A stretch of DNA of 56,876 bases from a virus (taxonomy: Duplodnaviria; Caudoviricetes). The position numbers and the translations under genes were made by a program. Positions 9,595 to 19,722 of this stretch are shown here, piece by piece. Positions within the stretch are counted from its first letter, which is position 1, and each line of letters begins with the position of its first letter. The stretch is from IMG/VR virus record IMGVR_UViG_3300025890_002227, positions 1 through 56,876 of that record, one strand, 5' to 3'. Under the pieces are notes generated by a model. It saw nothing but the letters and a program-made list of their open reading frames with translations, was not told where the DNA came from and made no database searches.

Positions 9595-10482
9595 TTAAAA
9601 GATAATATCACCACTGGTACATTTGATTCTGTTAACTGTTGTCTCTTTAGCACCGTTGAATTTCCCCACTCCGTGCGACTTAACGTATGCGGTAATAGTC
9701 ATCTTATCGCCGACATCAGGTAATGTTAGGGTGTGATAACCTGCAAAGAACTTTACAATGTTTCCGTTCTCGTCCTTGGTTGTAATCATATATGAATCAT
9801 GTTTGGATAGATATCGTTTAGAAATAACACTAAGATTAAACGAGCATCGTTTGCCTACAGTGCCAACATATTCACTAGTTTCAGACAACTTTCGTTCATA
9901 TGCGGCTTGTTTATTCCATGTCACATTAGAGAAGTATGTTTTTGGTAGCGCGGCAACTAATCCCAACTCCGTGCTGTCCATTGTCTTAGTGCTAATTAGT
10001 TTATACACCTTTTCATCAAACTCACTGAGAGTTCCCGCTATATGTTTAAATAACAACCCTTGGAAATGATTGACCATTGCTTCTGCCAGCGCACTATCTT
10101 CTTCTTTGATATGTTTGCTTTTATCATCACCTTTAAGAATATCAAACAAAGAAAAAATTATATGATCTCTGTTTGCCAGTGTTAGTACAGCTTCGGTGAC
10201 ATGAACTGGTACGCCGTTGTCATCAGCCACTACTTGACTATGATCTAAATTTACGTATGACATATATGCGTCATTACTCTTAATATGGCTCATACCGTTT
10301 TTACGATATGCGGCACACGATAACTCAATACAAAGTCTGGTGTCTAAGAATCGCTTTTTACTTCGAAGATCCTTGTAAATTTTATAAGCCACTACTGGAT
10401 TTTTAGTGCTTGATCCTTTAATTCTTTGGTTCATTTTAGTGACGTCCGCTCTTTGGTAAACACTATACTCTCCTCGGGACAC
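9595..10482 (-). CDS. Hypothetical protein with C-terminal OB-fold-like domain
   Basis: SEYVGTVGKR...KDENGN.VKFF...ITAYVKSH....GAKETTVNRIK pattern. Confidence 0.65.
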   Translation of the reverse strand: MSRGEYSVYQRADVTKMNQRIKGSSTKNPVVAYKIYKDLRSKKRFLDTRLCIELSCAAYRKNGMSHIKSNDAYMSYVNLDHSQVVADDNGVPVHVTEAVLTLANRDHIIFSLFDILKGDDKSKHIKEEDSALAEAMVNHFQGLLFKHIAGTLSEFDEKVYKLISTKTMDSTELGLVAALPKTYFSNVTWNKQAAYERKLSETSEYVGTVGKRCSFNLSVISKRYLSKHDSYMITTKDENGNIVKFFAGYHTLTLPDVGDKMTITAYVKSHGVGKFNGAKETTVNRIKCTSGDIIF

Positions 10483-10690
10483 CGTAACGGCCGTCTAATG
10501 TAAAAATGTATCTCTGCCCATTTACACCATAAGAGGCAGTCATACGAATTGGTGTATCGAATCCAGAGGTTTCTTTTTGGGTGTTAAAAATATGAAGGGC
10601 GTCCATTAAAGAATCCTCATATACTTTGGTCTCTCGAGGACTACCAGCGATGTTGCGATACTGTATTGTCCAATAATCTTTCTTATTCAT
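10463..10690 (-). CDS. Hypothetical protein
   Basis: 75 aa ORF with AAGGAG SD, in operon. Confidence 0.65.
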   Translation of the reverse strand: MNKKDYWTIQYRNIAGSPRETKVYEDSLMDALHIFNTQKETSGFDTPIRMTASYGVNGQRYIFTLDGRYGVPRRV

Positions 10691-10701
10691 TATTATGCTC
10701 C

Positions 10702-10848
10702 TTAAAGTGATTTGATAAGTTCATTAACTTCGTCTTGAATAAATGGTTCGGCTTCAACAGCCCACAAAACAAAGTTAATCTTGTCATGAGATACTTCTTC
10801 GTTACATGCCTCAATTAACTTCTTTGCTAATTCTTCTACCTTAACCAT
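10702..10848 (-). CDS. Small hypothetical protein (48 aa, not in ORF track)
   Basis: MVKVEELAKKLIEACNEEVSHDKINFVLWAVEAEPFIQDEVNELIKSL; overlaps the upstream stop and fills the gap. Confidence 0.65.
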   Translation of the reverse strand: MVKVEELAKKLIEACNEEVSHDKINFVLWAVEAEPFIQDEVNELIKSL

Positions 10849-11104
10849 TTAAGTCATACTCCCAGTTCTTTTTAGTATACCATTTCTCTACTACAGGCAA
10901 TCCGAATTCGTCTTCGTCTACGGAAATGTAAGCGACAGTCTTTTTGACATTGGCGTAGCGGTATCCATCGTCTACCCAAACCTTATGGGCAAACTCTTTA
11001 CAAAAGTCAAAGTCGTCGTCGTTGACGGAGTATTCGAAATAGTTGCCTTCTTCCTTTTCAATGAAGCAACCAATTGGATCTTTGGTAAATTTGTAGTATG
11101 CCAT
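10841..11104 (-). CDS. Hypothetical phage early protein
   Basis: First gene after IHF/sigma70 promoter; YRYA.VKKTVAYI.VDEDE.G.PV.EKW motif. Confidence 0.75.
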   Translation of the reverse strand: MAYYKFTKDPIGCFIEKEEGNYFEYSVNDDDFDFCKEFAHKVWVDDGYRYANVKKTVAYISVDEDEFGLPVVEKWYTKKNWEYDLNG

Positions 11105-11137
11105 TTATCTTTCCCTGTTTCTTTAGCGTATATATAC

Positions 11138-11192
11138 ATTATACAGTATCTGACTAAAAAGTCACGAAAAAAAGTAACGTAAGTGTTTGATT
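11138..11192 (-). promoter_or_regulatory. IHF-consensus site plus sigma70-like promoter (copy 1)
   Basis: AATCAAacacTTA (11192-11180) matches WATCAANNNNTTR; 14 nt to GTGACT (11165-11160); 16 nt to TATAAT (11143-11138). Confidence 0.7.
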
Positions 11193-11228
11193 TTAAAGGA
11201 AAATAAAAAATTTAATAAATTTTAATGC

Positions 11229-12359
11229 TTATTTTTGTAAATATTGTAAATATTTGAATATATCTGTGCGATCTTTGTAGACCCTAGGTATAGAATTAAT
11301 TATTTCAGTAAATTCTTGATAGCAGGGATGTAGTTTTGATAAAATATTTTTTTCTGTATATTCTGCATCGGACCAGTGAGAGGGTTTTCTTAAAGGTATA
11401 AAATATACATTATCTATACCAATATCGCCTAAAAATAACTTTAAAATTTTAGGTATTTCTCGAAAGTTGTCTTTTTGCAATACGAACGCGCCCATGACTG
11501 TGGGTCTATTAGGAAGTTGCATTAACCAATTTATATTGCTTAAAAGTTGATTCCAACTACTTCCAGTTCTTAATCGTTCATGTGTTTCCTTAGTTCCTGC
11601 ATCAATGCTGATGTTAATATTGGCAATAGAATCTTTTATTTTTAATGTGGGAATAATCGACTTCATCATTAGTCCATTGGTTTTGAAACTATATCGATGC
11701 TCCGAGTTATATTCTAATTTGTCAATGCAATTTTTTACTGATTGACTGAAAAATGCATCACCACTTGCTCCAAATTCAATTTGTGCAGGCTTTTTATAAT
11801 TGTTAATTAATTGTACTACTTTTTTATCAAGTTCTTTTATATCATTAAAATTTCTAGCAATAGTCTTGTATCTCTTTGCAACATTGTACACTGATTCTTT
11901 TCCGTGTTTCTGTATAGCTTTATATATAAGATCAGTATTGCTAAATTTGTCACTATTAAATAGTACGTTGCCTACAGTTTTTGTATAGTTTGATAATGGG
12001 TATAAACGGCAACTAGGGCATTCTAAATTACAACTATCATCATAACCGACCACTATTTTAATTTCTTCTGGTTTTGTACCATCTACACCTTTCATTAACG
12101 TTTTATCATGGGTTTTGTCAAACCCGCAAAGAAGGTTACCACTAAGTGGAATCTTAACACAATGCTCAAATGTTTTAGAAATAGTGGTTGAATGTATAAC
12201 TTTTTTAGCCAATTCAAGTTGATGAACTTCTTCAAACGAATCTATATCTAAAATGTTGCCTACGACTTTAGGTAGATATTCGGAACAACCACAAAGATAT
12301 ATATCTCCGTTGGTTTCAATCTCGATAATTTGTTTTGGTATTAAGCAACATCCTGTCAT
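11229..12359 (-). CDS. Radical SAM protein with N-terminal SPASM/twitch-like domain
   Basis: CNLECPSC (CxxxCxxC), N-terminal C..P....I..NGD.YLC.C...VGNI, SIDAGTKET. Confidence 0.85.
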   Translation of the reverse strand: MTGCCLIPKQIIEIETNGDIYLCGCSEYLPKVVGNILDIDSFEEVHQLELAKKVIHSTTISKTFEHCVKIPLSGNLLCGFDKTHDKTLMKGVDGTKPEEIKIVVGYDDSCNLECPSCRLYPLSNYTKTVGNVLFNSDKFSNTDLIYKAIQKHGKESVYNVAKRYKTIARNFNDIKELDKKVVQLINNYKKPAQIEFGASGDAFFSQSVKNCIDKLEYNSEHRYSFKTNGLMMKSIIPTLKIKDSIANINISIDAGTKETHERLRTGSSWNQLLSNINWLMQLPNRPTVMGAFVLQKDNFREIPKILKLFLGDIGIDNVYFIPLRKPSHWSDAEYTEKNILSKLHPCYQEFTEIINSIPRVYKDRTDIFKYLQYLQK

Positions 12360-12382
12360 AATTCGATTTTCTTATAAAAGAA

Positions 12383-12400
12383 GAGCCCCTATAGGGGCTC
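12383..12400 (-). terminator. Rho-independent terminator
   Basis: gagcccct-at-aggggctc hairpin followed by TTCTTTT on the minus strand. Confidence 0.65.
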
Positions 12401-12427
12401 CCCATTATGAATTTTGTTAAATTCTGC

Positions 12428-12544
12428 TTATTTTTCTGAGCCTTCGCCTACGAAAGGAATGAGTTCCCACAAACCTTGTGATTCGCCCCATAATGCGATG
12501 GCAATGACAGCTACTACGCCAATTATAAAATATTTCTTATTCAT
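12428..12544 (-). CDS. Small membrane protein (38 aa, not in ORF track)
   Basis: MNKKYFIIGVVAVIAIALWGESQGLWELIPFVGEGSEK; AGGAGA SD; single hydrophobic helix. Confidence 0.7.
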   Translation of the reverse strand: MNKKYFIIGVVAVIAIALWGESQGLWELIPFVGEGSEK

Positions 12545-13424
12545 TGTTATCTCCTAATTTATTTCTCATAATGTTTAAAACATTATCTGAGTAGTTACCG
12601 AACAAATCCGTAATAAATGCTTTTTGTTGATCGTTACTTAACATAGGAAATCGTTGACGAATTTCAGTGGCGCTTGTTGCTGGCTCACCTAATACATTAA
12701 ATTTGGTTGTTGGTACAGTAGTCACATAACTATGGTGTTCTAGTGACCTTGCGTTATCCCACCCATTCCATTTTTGCATATGCGCTGGTTGACCATCTTT
12801 CTTAAGATTTGGACCTTTTGTGGGGAAATTGAATCTTGGATCTTCTGCCATGTCTTTTTCACTTACTACGTATAACACAACAGTATTGTTCATATTATAT
12901 TTGTTTGTAATCTCTTCTGCAACATATGGTTGTCTTGTTTGAACTACAGCATTAGGATTAATGCCTGTTAGTTTCATCATCTCTAGTTTTTCGGCAAAAG
13001 AAAAAGGAGATTTGTTAGGTTCTGTTTTACCGCTAGTGGCAACGTAAACGTCAGCAATACCGCCGTATTGCTTTTTTAGGGTATTATAAACTCCAGCATG
13101 TCCTTTGTGGAAAGGATGGAATCTGCCTGGATAAACCACAACTAATTTTTCGTTTGTTGCTTCTGTTAGACTTGCTTGTATTTCAAAGTCTTGTATGTTA
13201 ATTTGTTCTACTATGAGGTCAATTTGTTCGTCTGTGAGATCTTCTGATAACGCAATCTCTACAACACTACCCTCAGGTGTGTCATATTCAACCAAGTCAA
13301 TATAATCATTTTCGTTGTCGGATTCGGTAATTACTGAATCAGTATGCGTTGCTACTACTGAGGCAAACTCAGCAATAGACTTATTGTTTAGATCGTTTGA
13401 TATTAGACGAATAAAGTTACTCAT
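12537..13424 (-). CDS. HxGH cytidylyltransferase-like nucleotidyltransferase with acidic N-terminal domain
   Basis: VVYPGRFHPFHKGH, SPFSF.EK, SATEIR motifs. Confidence 0.8.
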   Translation of the reverse strand: MSNFIRLISNDLNNKSIAEFASVVATHTDSVITESDNENDYIDLVEYDTPEGSVVEIALSEDLTDEQIDLIVEQINIQDFEIQASLTEATNEKLVVVYPGRFHPFHKGHAGVYNTLKKQYGGIADVYVATSGKTEPNKSPFSFAEKLEMMKLTGINPNAVVQTRQPYVAEEITNKYNMNNTVVLYVVSEKDMAEDPRFNFPTKGPNLKKDGQPAHMQKWNGWDNARSLEHHSYVTTVPTTKFNVLGEPATSATEIRQRFPMLSNDQQKAFITDLFGNYSDNVLNIMRNKLGDNNE

Positions 13425-13993
13425 TAGAAATTATATAATATTTTAGTAACAGAGCCTTCGGTCATACCAGTAACAACAGCTCTTACCCAGATAAAGTTTC
13501 CTGTAAAGTTATATCCTGTTGTGGATGTCTCAGCAGTGGCATACGTGGCAGTTGTGCCAGTAATATCAAACCAATCACTTACAGTAGGTTCTTTTACCAA
13601 CGTTCCTTGTATTTTTACTGTTCCTACAAAGGCATTTAGTGTATATGCCGCTGTATGTAGGCCGTCAGTGTATCCATAGTATCCGTCTGCTTTTTGTTTT
13701 GTTCCAGTAGTTCCTTGGTAGTCTACCACAATAGTTGCGCCTTCTACTTCAGTTGTTACATCTTCTAGCACGGTCATTGTTGTTGCTGTAGATGTTCCAC
13801 TTACAGTGTAAGTTCCATCATTACTTCCGCTACCTGTTATAACAACAATATCACCATCAGTGAAGTCACTGAAAGCAATAATGCCCGTATCGCTTGTTAC
13901 CAGTGTTTTATTAACAGCGTTAAATGCAACCACTGCGCCTGTCTTATTAGCAACATGTGATGTATTAGGAAGAAGTGTTAAACTGTTTGACAT
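13424..13993 (-). CDS. Putative virion structural protein
   Basis: Thr/Gly-rich beta protein; GDIVVITGSGSNDGTYTV, GYYGYTDGLHT, FTGNFIWVRA. Confidence 0.65.
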   Translation of the reverse strand: MSNSLTLLPNTSHVANKTGAVVAFNAVNKTLVTSDTGIIAFSDFTDGDIVVITGSGSNDGTYTVSGTSTATTMTVLEDVTTEVEGATIVVDYQGTTGTKQKADGYYGYTDGLHTAAYTLNAFVGTVKIQGTLVKEPTVSDWFDITGTTATYATAETSTTGYNFTGNFIWVRAVVTGMTEGSVTKILYNF

Positions 13994-13994
13994 A

Positions 13995-14159
13995 TTATTC
14001 TCTTATTATTTCTATTAGTTTTCCGGCGCCAACTAGTTCTGCTACGATCGCTTCTAATCCACTTAAAACTTCATCGTTCATTATAGGATCAATTTGAGCA
14101 TCATCTTTGAGCAATTCGCTAACTTTGATGACAACCATGTCTTCGTTGATTTTGGCCAT
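13995..14159 (-). CDS. Small hypothetical protein (54 aa, not in ORF track)
   Basis: MAKINEDMVVIKVSELLKDDAQIDPIMNDEVLSGLEAIVAELVGAGKLIEIIRE; GGAGA SD; TAAATA upstream. Confidence 0.75.
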   Translation of the reverse strand: MAKINEDMVVIKVSELLKDDAQIDPIMNDEVLSGLEAIVAELVGAGKLIEIIRE

Positions 14160-14200
14160 TTTTGTTCTCCGACTTGTATATTATATTTATCGTTAATATA

Positions 14201-14920
14201 CTATAAATCGGACTCGAGAACATACCTGACAACACGCTTTGGGCACTTGGTTAAAAACATATTGCACATTGTTAAGGTGGATTCGTCCTCAACATATAAA
14301 AAACCTTGATCTAAGTATAACCCTGGTGATTTAAAATACTTTTCAGTCTTTCTAGAGAACTTTACAGCATTGCCTTGTGCGTTACCCCATTCATACAATT
14401 GCTTTGGTATTGAATGTGATGTGGAATAGTTATTAATAATTACCTTGTATTTGTATCTGTTATGCGGCAAATTGCTAACAACCATTACATTTTTTCCTTC
14501 TAATAACGCAGGAATGCATTTTTCATTAGGACGAGATACACTAATCAATGCATTTGGAAATGCTTCTTCCATTCTAGTATGTGATTCTAAATCGTTTGAG
14601 AATATACTTACTCGAGGATCTTGTATACGAATAAAAAGGTCCTTTGACAATCTTGCATCTCCAGTTAAATTTGCAAACTTTAATATATCTTCTTTATTTT
14701 CATAGTATGATTCAACAAACCGGCTATATAAAGCACGTTTCCATCCTACTTCTTTAAGATCCTGTACGTTTGCCTCTATCTCTGATTCACTATAATAGTG
14801 GCGTAATACATGTATGCCTGGAATAATAAAGATAGACTTGTATAGGTATTTGTTATACCATAATTGGTAAGATTGTTCTATTTTTACAGAACCATTTATA
14901 TTTTTATTGATGCTTCTCAT
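14201..14920 (-). CDS. Hypothetical protein
   Basis: 239 aa ORF directly after clpA; internal duplicated KY.YK motif. Confidence 0.7.
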   Translation of the reverse strand: MRSINKNINGSVKIEQSYQLWYNKYLYKSIFIIPGIHVLRHYYSESEIEANVQDLKEVGWKRALYSRFVESYYENKEDILKFANLTGDARLSKDLFIRIQDPRVSIFSNDLESHTRMEEAFPNALISVSRPNEKCIPALLEGKNVMVVSNLPHNRYKYKVIINNYSTSHSIPKQLYEWGNAQGNAVKFSRKTEKYFKSPGLYLDQGFLYVEDESTLTMCNMFLTKCPKRVVRYVLESDL

Positions 14921-14924
14921 TTTC

Positions 14925-17234
14925 TCAGTCAGTTGATTCAGGCTTAAATTGATCTAATACAATAACACCTTCATTATTTACAACTTCGTCTGGTAGCGTT
15001 TGTTGTTCTTTTTCACCGCTAATGTCAAATTTAACATTTTCTTCATCGTCTAAATCTACTTCTATAATAGCATTTCTTATGTTATCAAAAAGTATCTTTT
15101 GTGCCAACGGAGTTTTAATCTTGTCATTAATAACTCTACTCAGTGGCCTGGCACCCATCTTTGGATTCCAGCCTTTATCTAACAAATACTCTTTCATAGT
15201 TTGTGTTGGTTTAACTAAAATATTCTTTTCCAGCAGTAATGTATTTAACTCTCCTATGAACTTGTCGACAATTAATAGCATATCGTCTTTATCTAACTTA
15301 TTAAATTTAACAATAGCATCGAGTCTGTTTCTAAATTCCGGAGGGAAGAATGTTTCGATTGCTTTGTCATCCTCGCCTTCTTTTTCTAAAGTGCCAAAAC
15401 CAATACTATTACGTTCCATATCAGCCGCACCTAAGTTTGACGTCATAACAAGAATAATATTACGCATATCAACACGTTTGCCATTACTACCACTCAAGTA
15501 ACCATTATCCATTATTTGTAGCATAACATTAGCAACATCTGGATGTGCTTTTTCAATTTCGTCTAGTAGCAATACTGCGTGTGGATCTTTCTCAATATCA
15601 TTTAGCAGTTTACCACCAGCCATTTCGGAATCCTCGAAGCCAACATAGCCTGGAGGAGCACCAATAAGTTTAGCAACTGTATGCTTTTCTTGATACTCAC
15701 TCATGTCATAACGCAATAGTTCTACGTTTAATAAATGTGACAATTGTTTACATAGTTCTGTTTTACCAACACCAGTTGGCCCAGTAAATAGAAACGAAGC
15801 AGTTGGTTTATTCAAATCTTTAAGTCCTGCTTTAGCGATGTAGACTTTCTCACATAACTTATCAACAGCATTGTCTTGTCCGAAAATAACGTCTTTAAGG
15901 TTGCCTTCAAGATTCACAACGTTCTCAGTTTTTTCAGAACGAAGTTGATCAATAGGCATACGAGCAATTTTACTTACTTGTTGTAGAATATCTTCTTTAG
16001 TAATAACAGTATCTTTACTACCACTCACTCTGCGTTTCGCGCAAGCGGTATCAATAAGATCAATAGCCTTGTCTGGTAGTTTTTTATCCGTGATAAACTT
16101 AATACTCTTATCAACTGCTGTCTCTATTGCCTCGTTGTGTATTTCAAGACTATGGAATTTTTCATAATACTTTTTAATACCTTGTAAAATATCCACAGCA
16201 TCGTCGCGTGATGGTTCATCAATAACTAGTCTAAAGAATCTACGCATCAACGCTCTATCTTTCTCAAAACTTTTTCTAAAGTCTTCCCAAGTTGTGCTCG
16301 CAATAACTTTAATTGCTCCGCGTGATAACGCAGGTTTTATCATATTGCTAAAATCAACACCACCTTGGCTGCCGGTCTGACCAGCACCACTCATCATGTG
16401 TGCCTCATCAATAAACAATATTGCGTTATTTACTTTTTCCAGTGCGTGTAAAATATGTTTAATCTTTTCTTCAAAGTCACCTCTATACTTACTGCCAGCA
16501 AGTAATGAGCCAATCTCTAAACTAAAAATAGTATTGCCTAGTAGATTTTGCGGAACGTCTTCATGTTGTATACGATATGCTAGTCCTTCTACAACTGCTG
16601 TTTTACCAACACCTGCGTCGCCCACCATAATAACATTGTTCTTTGTTTTGCGAGCAAGTGTTTCAGCAATATCGTTAATCTCGCGTTGTCTTCCGATAAC
16701 GGGATCAATCTTTTCTTCATTAACGAGGTTGTTTAAATTAGTGCAATACTCTTCAAGTATCTGTAACGCTCTGTCTTGTATACCTTGTTTATCATTTGGA
16801 CCACAATAAGTTTTGTTATAAAATTCAATAAGGTCCTCGGGTAGAACTCCATATTTTCTCATAATCCATGAAGCATAAGAACTATGTTCGTTGGTAATAC
16901 TGACGTATAGATCTATTGTTTGGAACTTTTGTCTACCACTAAACAATACTTGCGTAAATGCTCTGCTAAAAATTCTTTCTAGTGCATGTGTTTTCTTTGG
17001 ACGCACTTCTGTTACATCTACAATATCTTCAAAACGAGATTCAAGTATACCTTCAAGTTCGTTAACTAAATTATTGTAATCAACGCCAAACTCTTCTAGC
17101 ATTGTTTTAAAGTTCTTTGTTCTCAATAATGATAACAATAGGTGCTCAGTTGCAACAAATTTGTGATTATAGTCTAAAGCAATTTCCATTGCTTCTTCTA
17201 CTATTGCTTCTATCTCGGGGTTTTGATCAAACAT
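14925..17234 (-). CDS. clpA: ATP-dependent Clp protease ATPase subunit ClpA
   Basis: Clp N-domain (EHLLL), two AAA+ modules (GDAGVGKT/FIDEAH; GPTGVGKT/LLDEIEKAHP), no ClpB middle coiled coil, IGF ClpP-docking loop, MGARPL. Confidence 0.93.
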   Translation of the reverse strand: MFDQNPEIEAIVEEAMEIALDYNHKFVATEHLLLSLLRTKNFKTMLEEFGVDYNNLVNELEGILESRFEDIVDVTEVRPKKTHALERIFSRAFTQVLFSGRQKFQTIDLYVSITNEHSSYASWIMRKYGVLPEDLIEFYNKTYCGPNDKQGIQDRALQILEEYCTNLNNLVNEEKIDPVIGRQREINDIAETLARKTKNNVIMVGDAGVGKTAVVEGLAYRIQHEDVPQNLLGNTIFSLEIGSLLAGSKYRGDFEEKIKHILHALEKVNNAILFIDEAHMMSGAGQTGSQGGVDFSNMIKPALSRGAIKVIASTTWEDFRKSFEKDRALMRRFFRLVIDEPSRDDAVDILQGIKKYYEKFHSLEIHNEAIETAVDKSIKFITDKKLPDKAIDLIDTACAKRRVSGSKDTVITKEDILQQVSKIARMPIDQLRSEKTENVVNLEGNLKDVIFGQDNAVDKLCEKVYIAKAGLKDLNKPTASFLFTGPTGVGKTELCKQLSHLLNVELLRYDMSEYQEKHTVAKLIGAPPGYVGFEDSEMAGGKLLNDIEKDPHAVLLLDEIEKAHPDVANVMLQIMDNGYLSGSNGKRVDMRNIILVMTSNLGAADMERNSIGFGTLEKEGEDDKAIETFFPPEFRNRLDAIVKFNKLDKDDMLLIVDKFIGELNTLLLEKNILVKPTQTMKEYLLDKGWNPKMGARPLSRVINDKIKTPLAQKILFDNIRNAIIEVDLDDEENVKFDISGEKEQQTLPDEVVNNEGVIVLDQFKPESTD

Positions 17235-17679
17235 TGTTTTCTCTCTCGTGAAAAGTTATACCATCTAGATGGTCTAGTTCATGCATAAAGCATCTTGCAG
17301 ACAATCCTTTTAAATCCATTCTTTTTTCGTTGCCTAAATAATCACAAAATTTTACTTTAATGGAATTGGGTCGGCTTACTTCTATTATTTCTCCTGGAAA
17401 ACTTAAACATCCTTCTTGTCCTAGTTCGCACTGATCGCTCTCTTCTTCTATAGATGGATTAAAACAATACATAAATCCATCCTTTAAATCTTCGCCATAC
17501 ATAACAAACAATCGCTTGCTTATACCTACTTGAGGTGCGGCTAGACCAATGCCTTTGTTTTCAACCATAAAAGAAATCATATCTACTGCTAACTTTTGTA
17601 GTTGGAATGGCTTATCAAATTTTACTTCTTTAGCTTTATTCCGTAGAACTCTTTTAGTAAGTTTAAGTTTTCGCTCCAT
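17227..17679 (-). CDS. def: Peptide deformylase
   Basis: GIGLAAPQVG, EGCLS, HELDHLDG motifs. Confidence 0.97.
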   Translation of the reverse strand: MERKLKLTKRVLRNKAKEVKFDKPFQLQKLAVDMISFMVENKGIGLAAPQVGISKRLFVMYGEDLKDGFMYCFNPSIEEESDQCELGQEGCLSFPGEIIEVSRPNSIKVKFCDYLGNEKRMDLKGLSARCFMHELDHLDGITFHERENNV

Positions 17680-17687
17680 AATAATAT

Positions 17688-18557
17688 TTAGTTTATATTT
17701 TTTAGTATGTCTTGTATTAGATTCTGTTGTTCTGTTGTCAAGTTTGTTGGTATGCTTATTTTTAATTCTACTAATAAATCTCCGTAGACGTTACTGTCCA
17801 TAATGGGCATACCTTGTCCTCGTAAAACCATTTTTTGCCCGGGTTGAGCGCCATTAGGTATTTTAACTTTTAGTTCTTTTTCTGTTAATGTTTTAATAAT
17901 TTTCTCTGTGCCAAGCATTGCTTCAAAGCAGGTTAGGTTTATAACTGTAAATAAATTTTGTCCGCTTCTTTCATAGTGCGGATCGTTTATTACATCAATC
18001 GCTATTAGCAAATCACCAGCAGGTGCTCCATTTGCCGCGTTATCTCCTAACCCGCGCATACGCATCGTTTGCCCTGCTATAACACCTTTTGGTATTTGAA
18101 CGTCTAGCGTTTTTGTTTCACTGCCAGCGTTATACTTTACTCTCTTAGTGCAACCTTCATATGCTTCTCGCAATGATACGTTTATTTTTATGTGAATATT
18201 TCTATTACGGGTTTGCTGGTGGCGTTGTCTAAAAGGACTCCTTCCGTTTCCAAACATTTCACCAAATATATCTTCTACATTAAACGGGTATTCAGCATCA
18301 CCTGTAGACCATACGTGTGGGCCATGGCCAAAGTTATGAGCGTGTGGTGCTCCATACTTTCGTAAGTGGTCGTACTCTTGTCGTTTGTCGCTTGATAGCA
18401 CATCGTTTGCTTCGTTTATTTCTTTAAACCTGTCAGCATTACCCCCTTTATCTGGGTGGTTTTGTTGTGCTAACTTACGATATGCTTTCTTAATCGTGGA
18501 GGCATCTGCATCTGCGCTTACGCCAAGTATGTTATAGTAGTCTTTATTTGGATCCAT
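17688..18557 (-). CDS. dnaJ: DnaJ-class (type II, CbpA-like) co-chaperone
   Basis: J domain with HPDK, G/F region, C-terminal domains, no CxxCxGxG zinc finger. Confidence 0.92.
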   Translation of the reverse strand: MDPNKDYYNILGVSADADASTIKKAYRKLAQQNHPDKGGNADRFKEINEANDVLSSDKRQEYDHLRKYGAPHAHNFGHGPHVWSTGDAEYPFNVEDIFGEMFGNGRSPFRQRHQQTRNRNIHIKINVSLREAYEGCTKRVKYNAGSETKTLDVQIPKGVIAGQTMRMRGLGDNAANGAPAGDLLIAIDVINDPHYERSGQNLFTVINLTCFEAMLGTEKIIKTLTEKELKVKIPNGAQPGQKMVLRGQGMPIMDSNVYGDLLVELKISIPTNLTTEQQNLIQDILKNIN

Positions 18558-18601
18558 ATACTACGTAATTATAGCATAAAATAACAGGAAAGTCTATTTT
18601 T

Positions 18602-19696
18602 TTAACTGTACAATGTATCAATTGGAACCCAGGCAGTTCCGTTGTATCCTTCGAATCTACTGTCGGTTGTATTGAATCTGATTGTTCCGGTAGCGGGAGA
18701 GACTGGTCGCTGTGCTGTAGTTCCTGAAGGAATAACAATGCCGTCTGTGCCTGTAAATGTGGGGCCTTCCGCAGGTGCTTTAGTATCAAGTTGTGTTTGA
18801 ATAGCACTTGTGACACCACTGACATAATTAAGTTCTGTTGCTGTTGCTGTAACCAATGTGCCTGCTAATTCAAGTCCGTCTGCACTGCCATCATGTGCCG
18901 CAATATTAATATTATCACCGTCAATCTCCATGACTTTCGTCATGTCAACCGCAGTAAATCCTGTGTCTACAGTAGTAGTTTCACTGTCTTGTGTAGAGTT
19001 TATAACCACATTAGACTTTTGGTCACTTGCTCTAGGTATTACATCAATGTCTACAGTAACAGTACCGTATAAATTAGCGTTATGAATATACTGAAATGCA
19101 ATTACAAATCCTGCAGTGGTTGTTTGTTTGTGCCATAGTTGTGGTTTTACAAATGCTGTGCCATTGTGTTGATCTGTGTAAGTCACACTATAAGCCAATG
19201 CAGGAAGTGTCTCAGATCTAAGTGCGGCATTAAAATGCACTATCTGTATACTACCAGCACTCTGTGCCATGATGCGACCACTGACTTGATAGTTTTGGCT
19301 ATTAGCACTAGGTGTAATAGTTATAATCTTTTGATATTCGTTTTGTGTAAAATAACTGCCAGCACTGGCACCAGTGTATATCTGGTTAAACTTCATCATG
19401 TTTGAAGTTGTATACTGTTGCTCAGACTGTGTTATCTTTTTAAGTGTAAGGTCAGCATAACTGCTGATAGTAACATTGCCACTGGTTGATCCATCTTCAC
19501 TAGTGTTTATTACTGCAAAACTATCAGTGCTTTCATCCCAGATAAGAGCAACATTTGTATCACTACCGCGCTCTACAACCCAACCTGCGTCTTTATCGTT
19601 TGCTCCAGATTGACCACTATTAATTCTAATAAGTGGATCTGTTATGTTGGTTGCGTCAAAGTTAATTTGCCCTGCTCTTGGTTTAGTTAATCCCAT
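18602..19696 (-). CDS. Tail fibre / virion appendage protein (paralog A)
   Basis: ITDPLIRIN..VERG..NVALIWDES N-terminal module; IPSGTTAQRP..GTIRFN....FEGYNG C-terminal module. Confidence 0.75.
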   Translation of the reverse strand: MGLTKPRAGQINFDATNITDPLIRINSGQSGANDKDAGWVVERGSDTNVALIWDESTDSFAVINTSEDGSTSGNVTISSYADLTLKKITQSEQQYTTSNMMKFNQIYTGASAGSYFTQNEYQKIITITPSANSQNYQVSGRIMAQSAGSIQIVHFNAALRSETLPALAYSVTYTDQHNGTAFVKPQLWHKQTTTAGFVIAFQYIHNANLYGTVTVDIDVIPRASDQKSNVVINSTQDSETTTVDTGFTAVDMTKVMEIDGDNINIAAHDGSADGLELAGTLVTATATELNYVSGVTSAIQTQLDTKAPAEGPTFTGTDGIVIPSGTTAQRPVSPATGTIRFNTTDSRFEGYNGTAWVPIDTLYS

Positions 19697-19722
19697 CGTT
19701 TAATCCTTTTTATAATTTTCTT

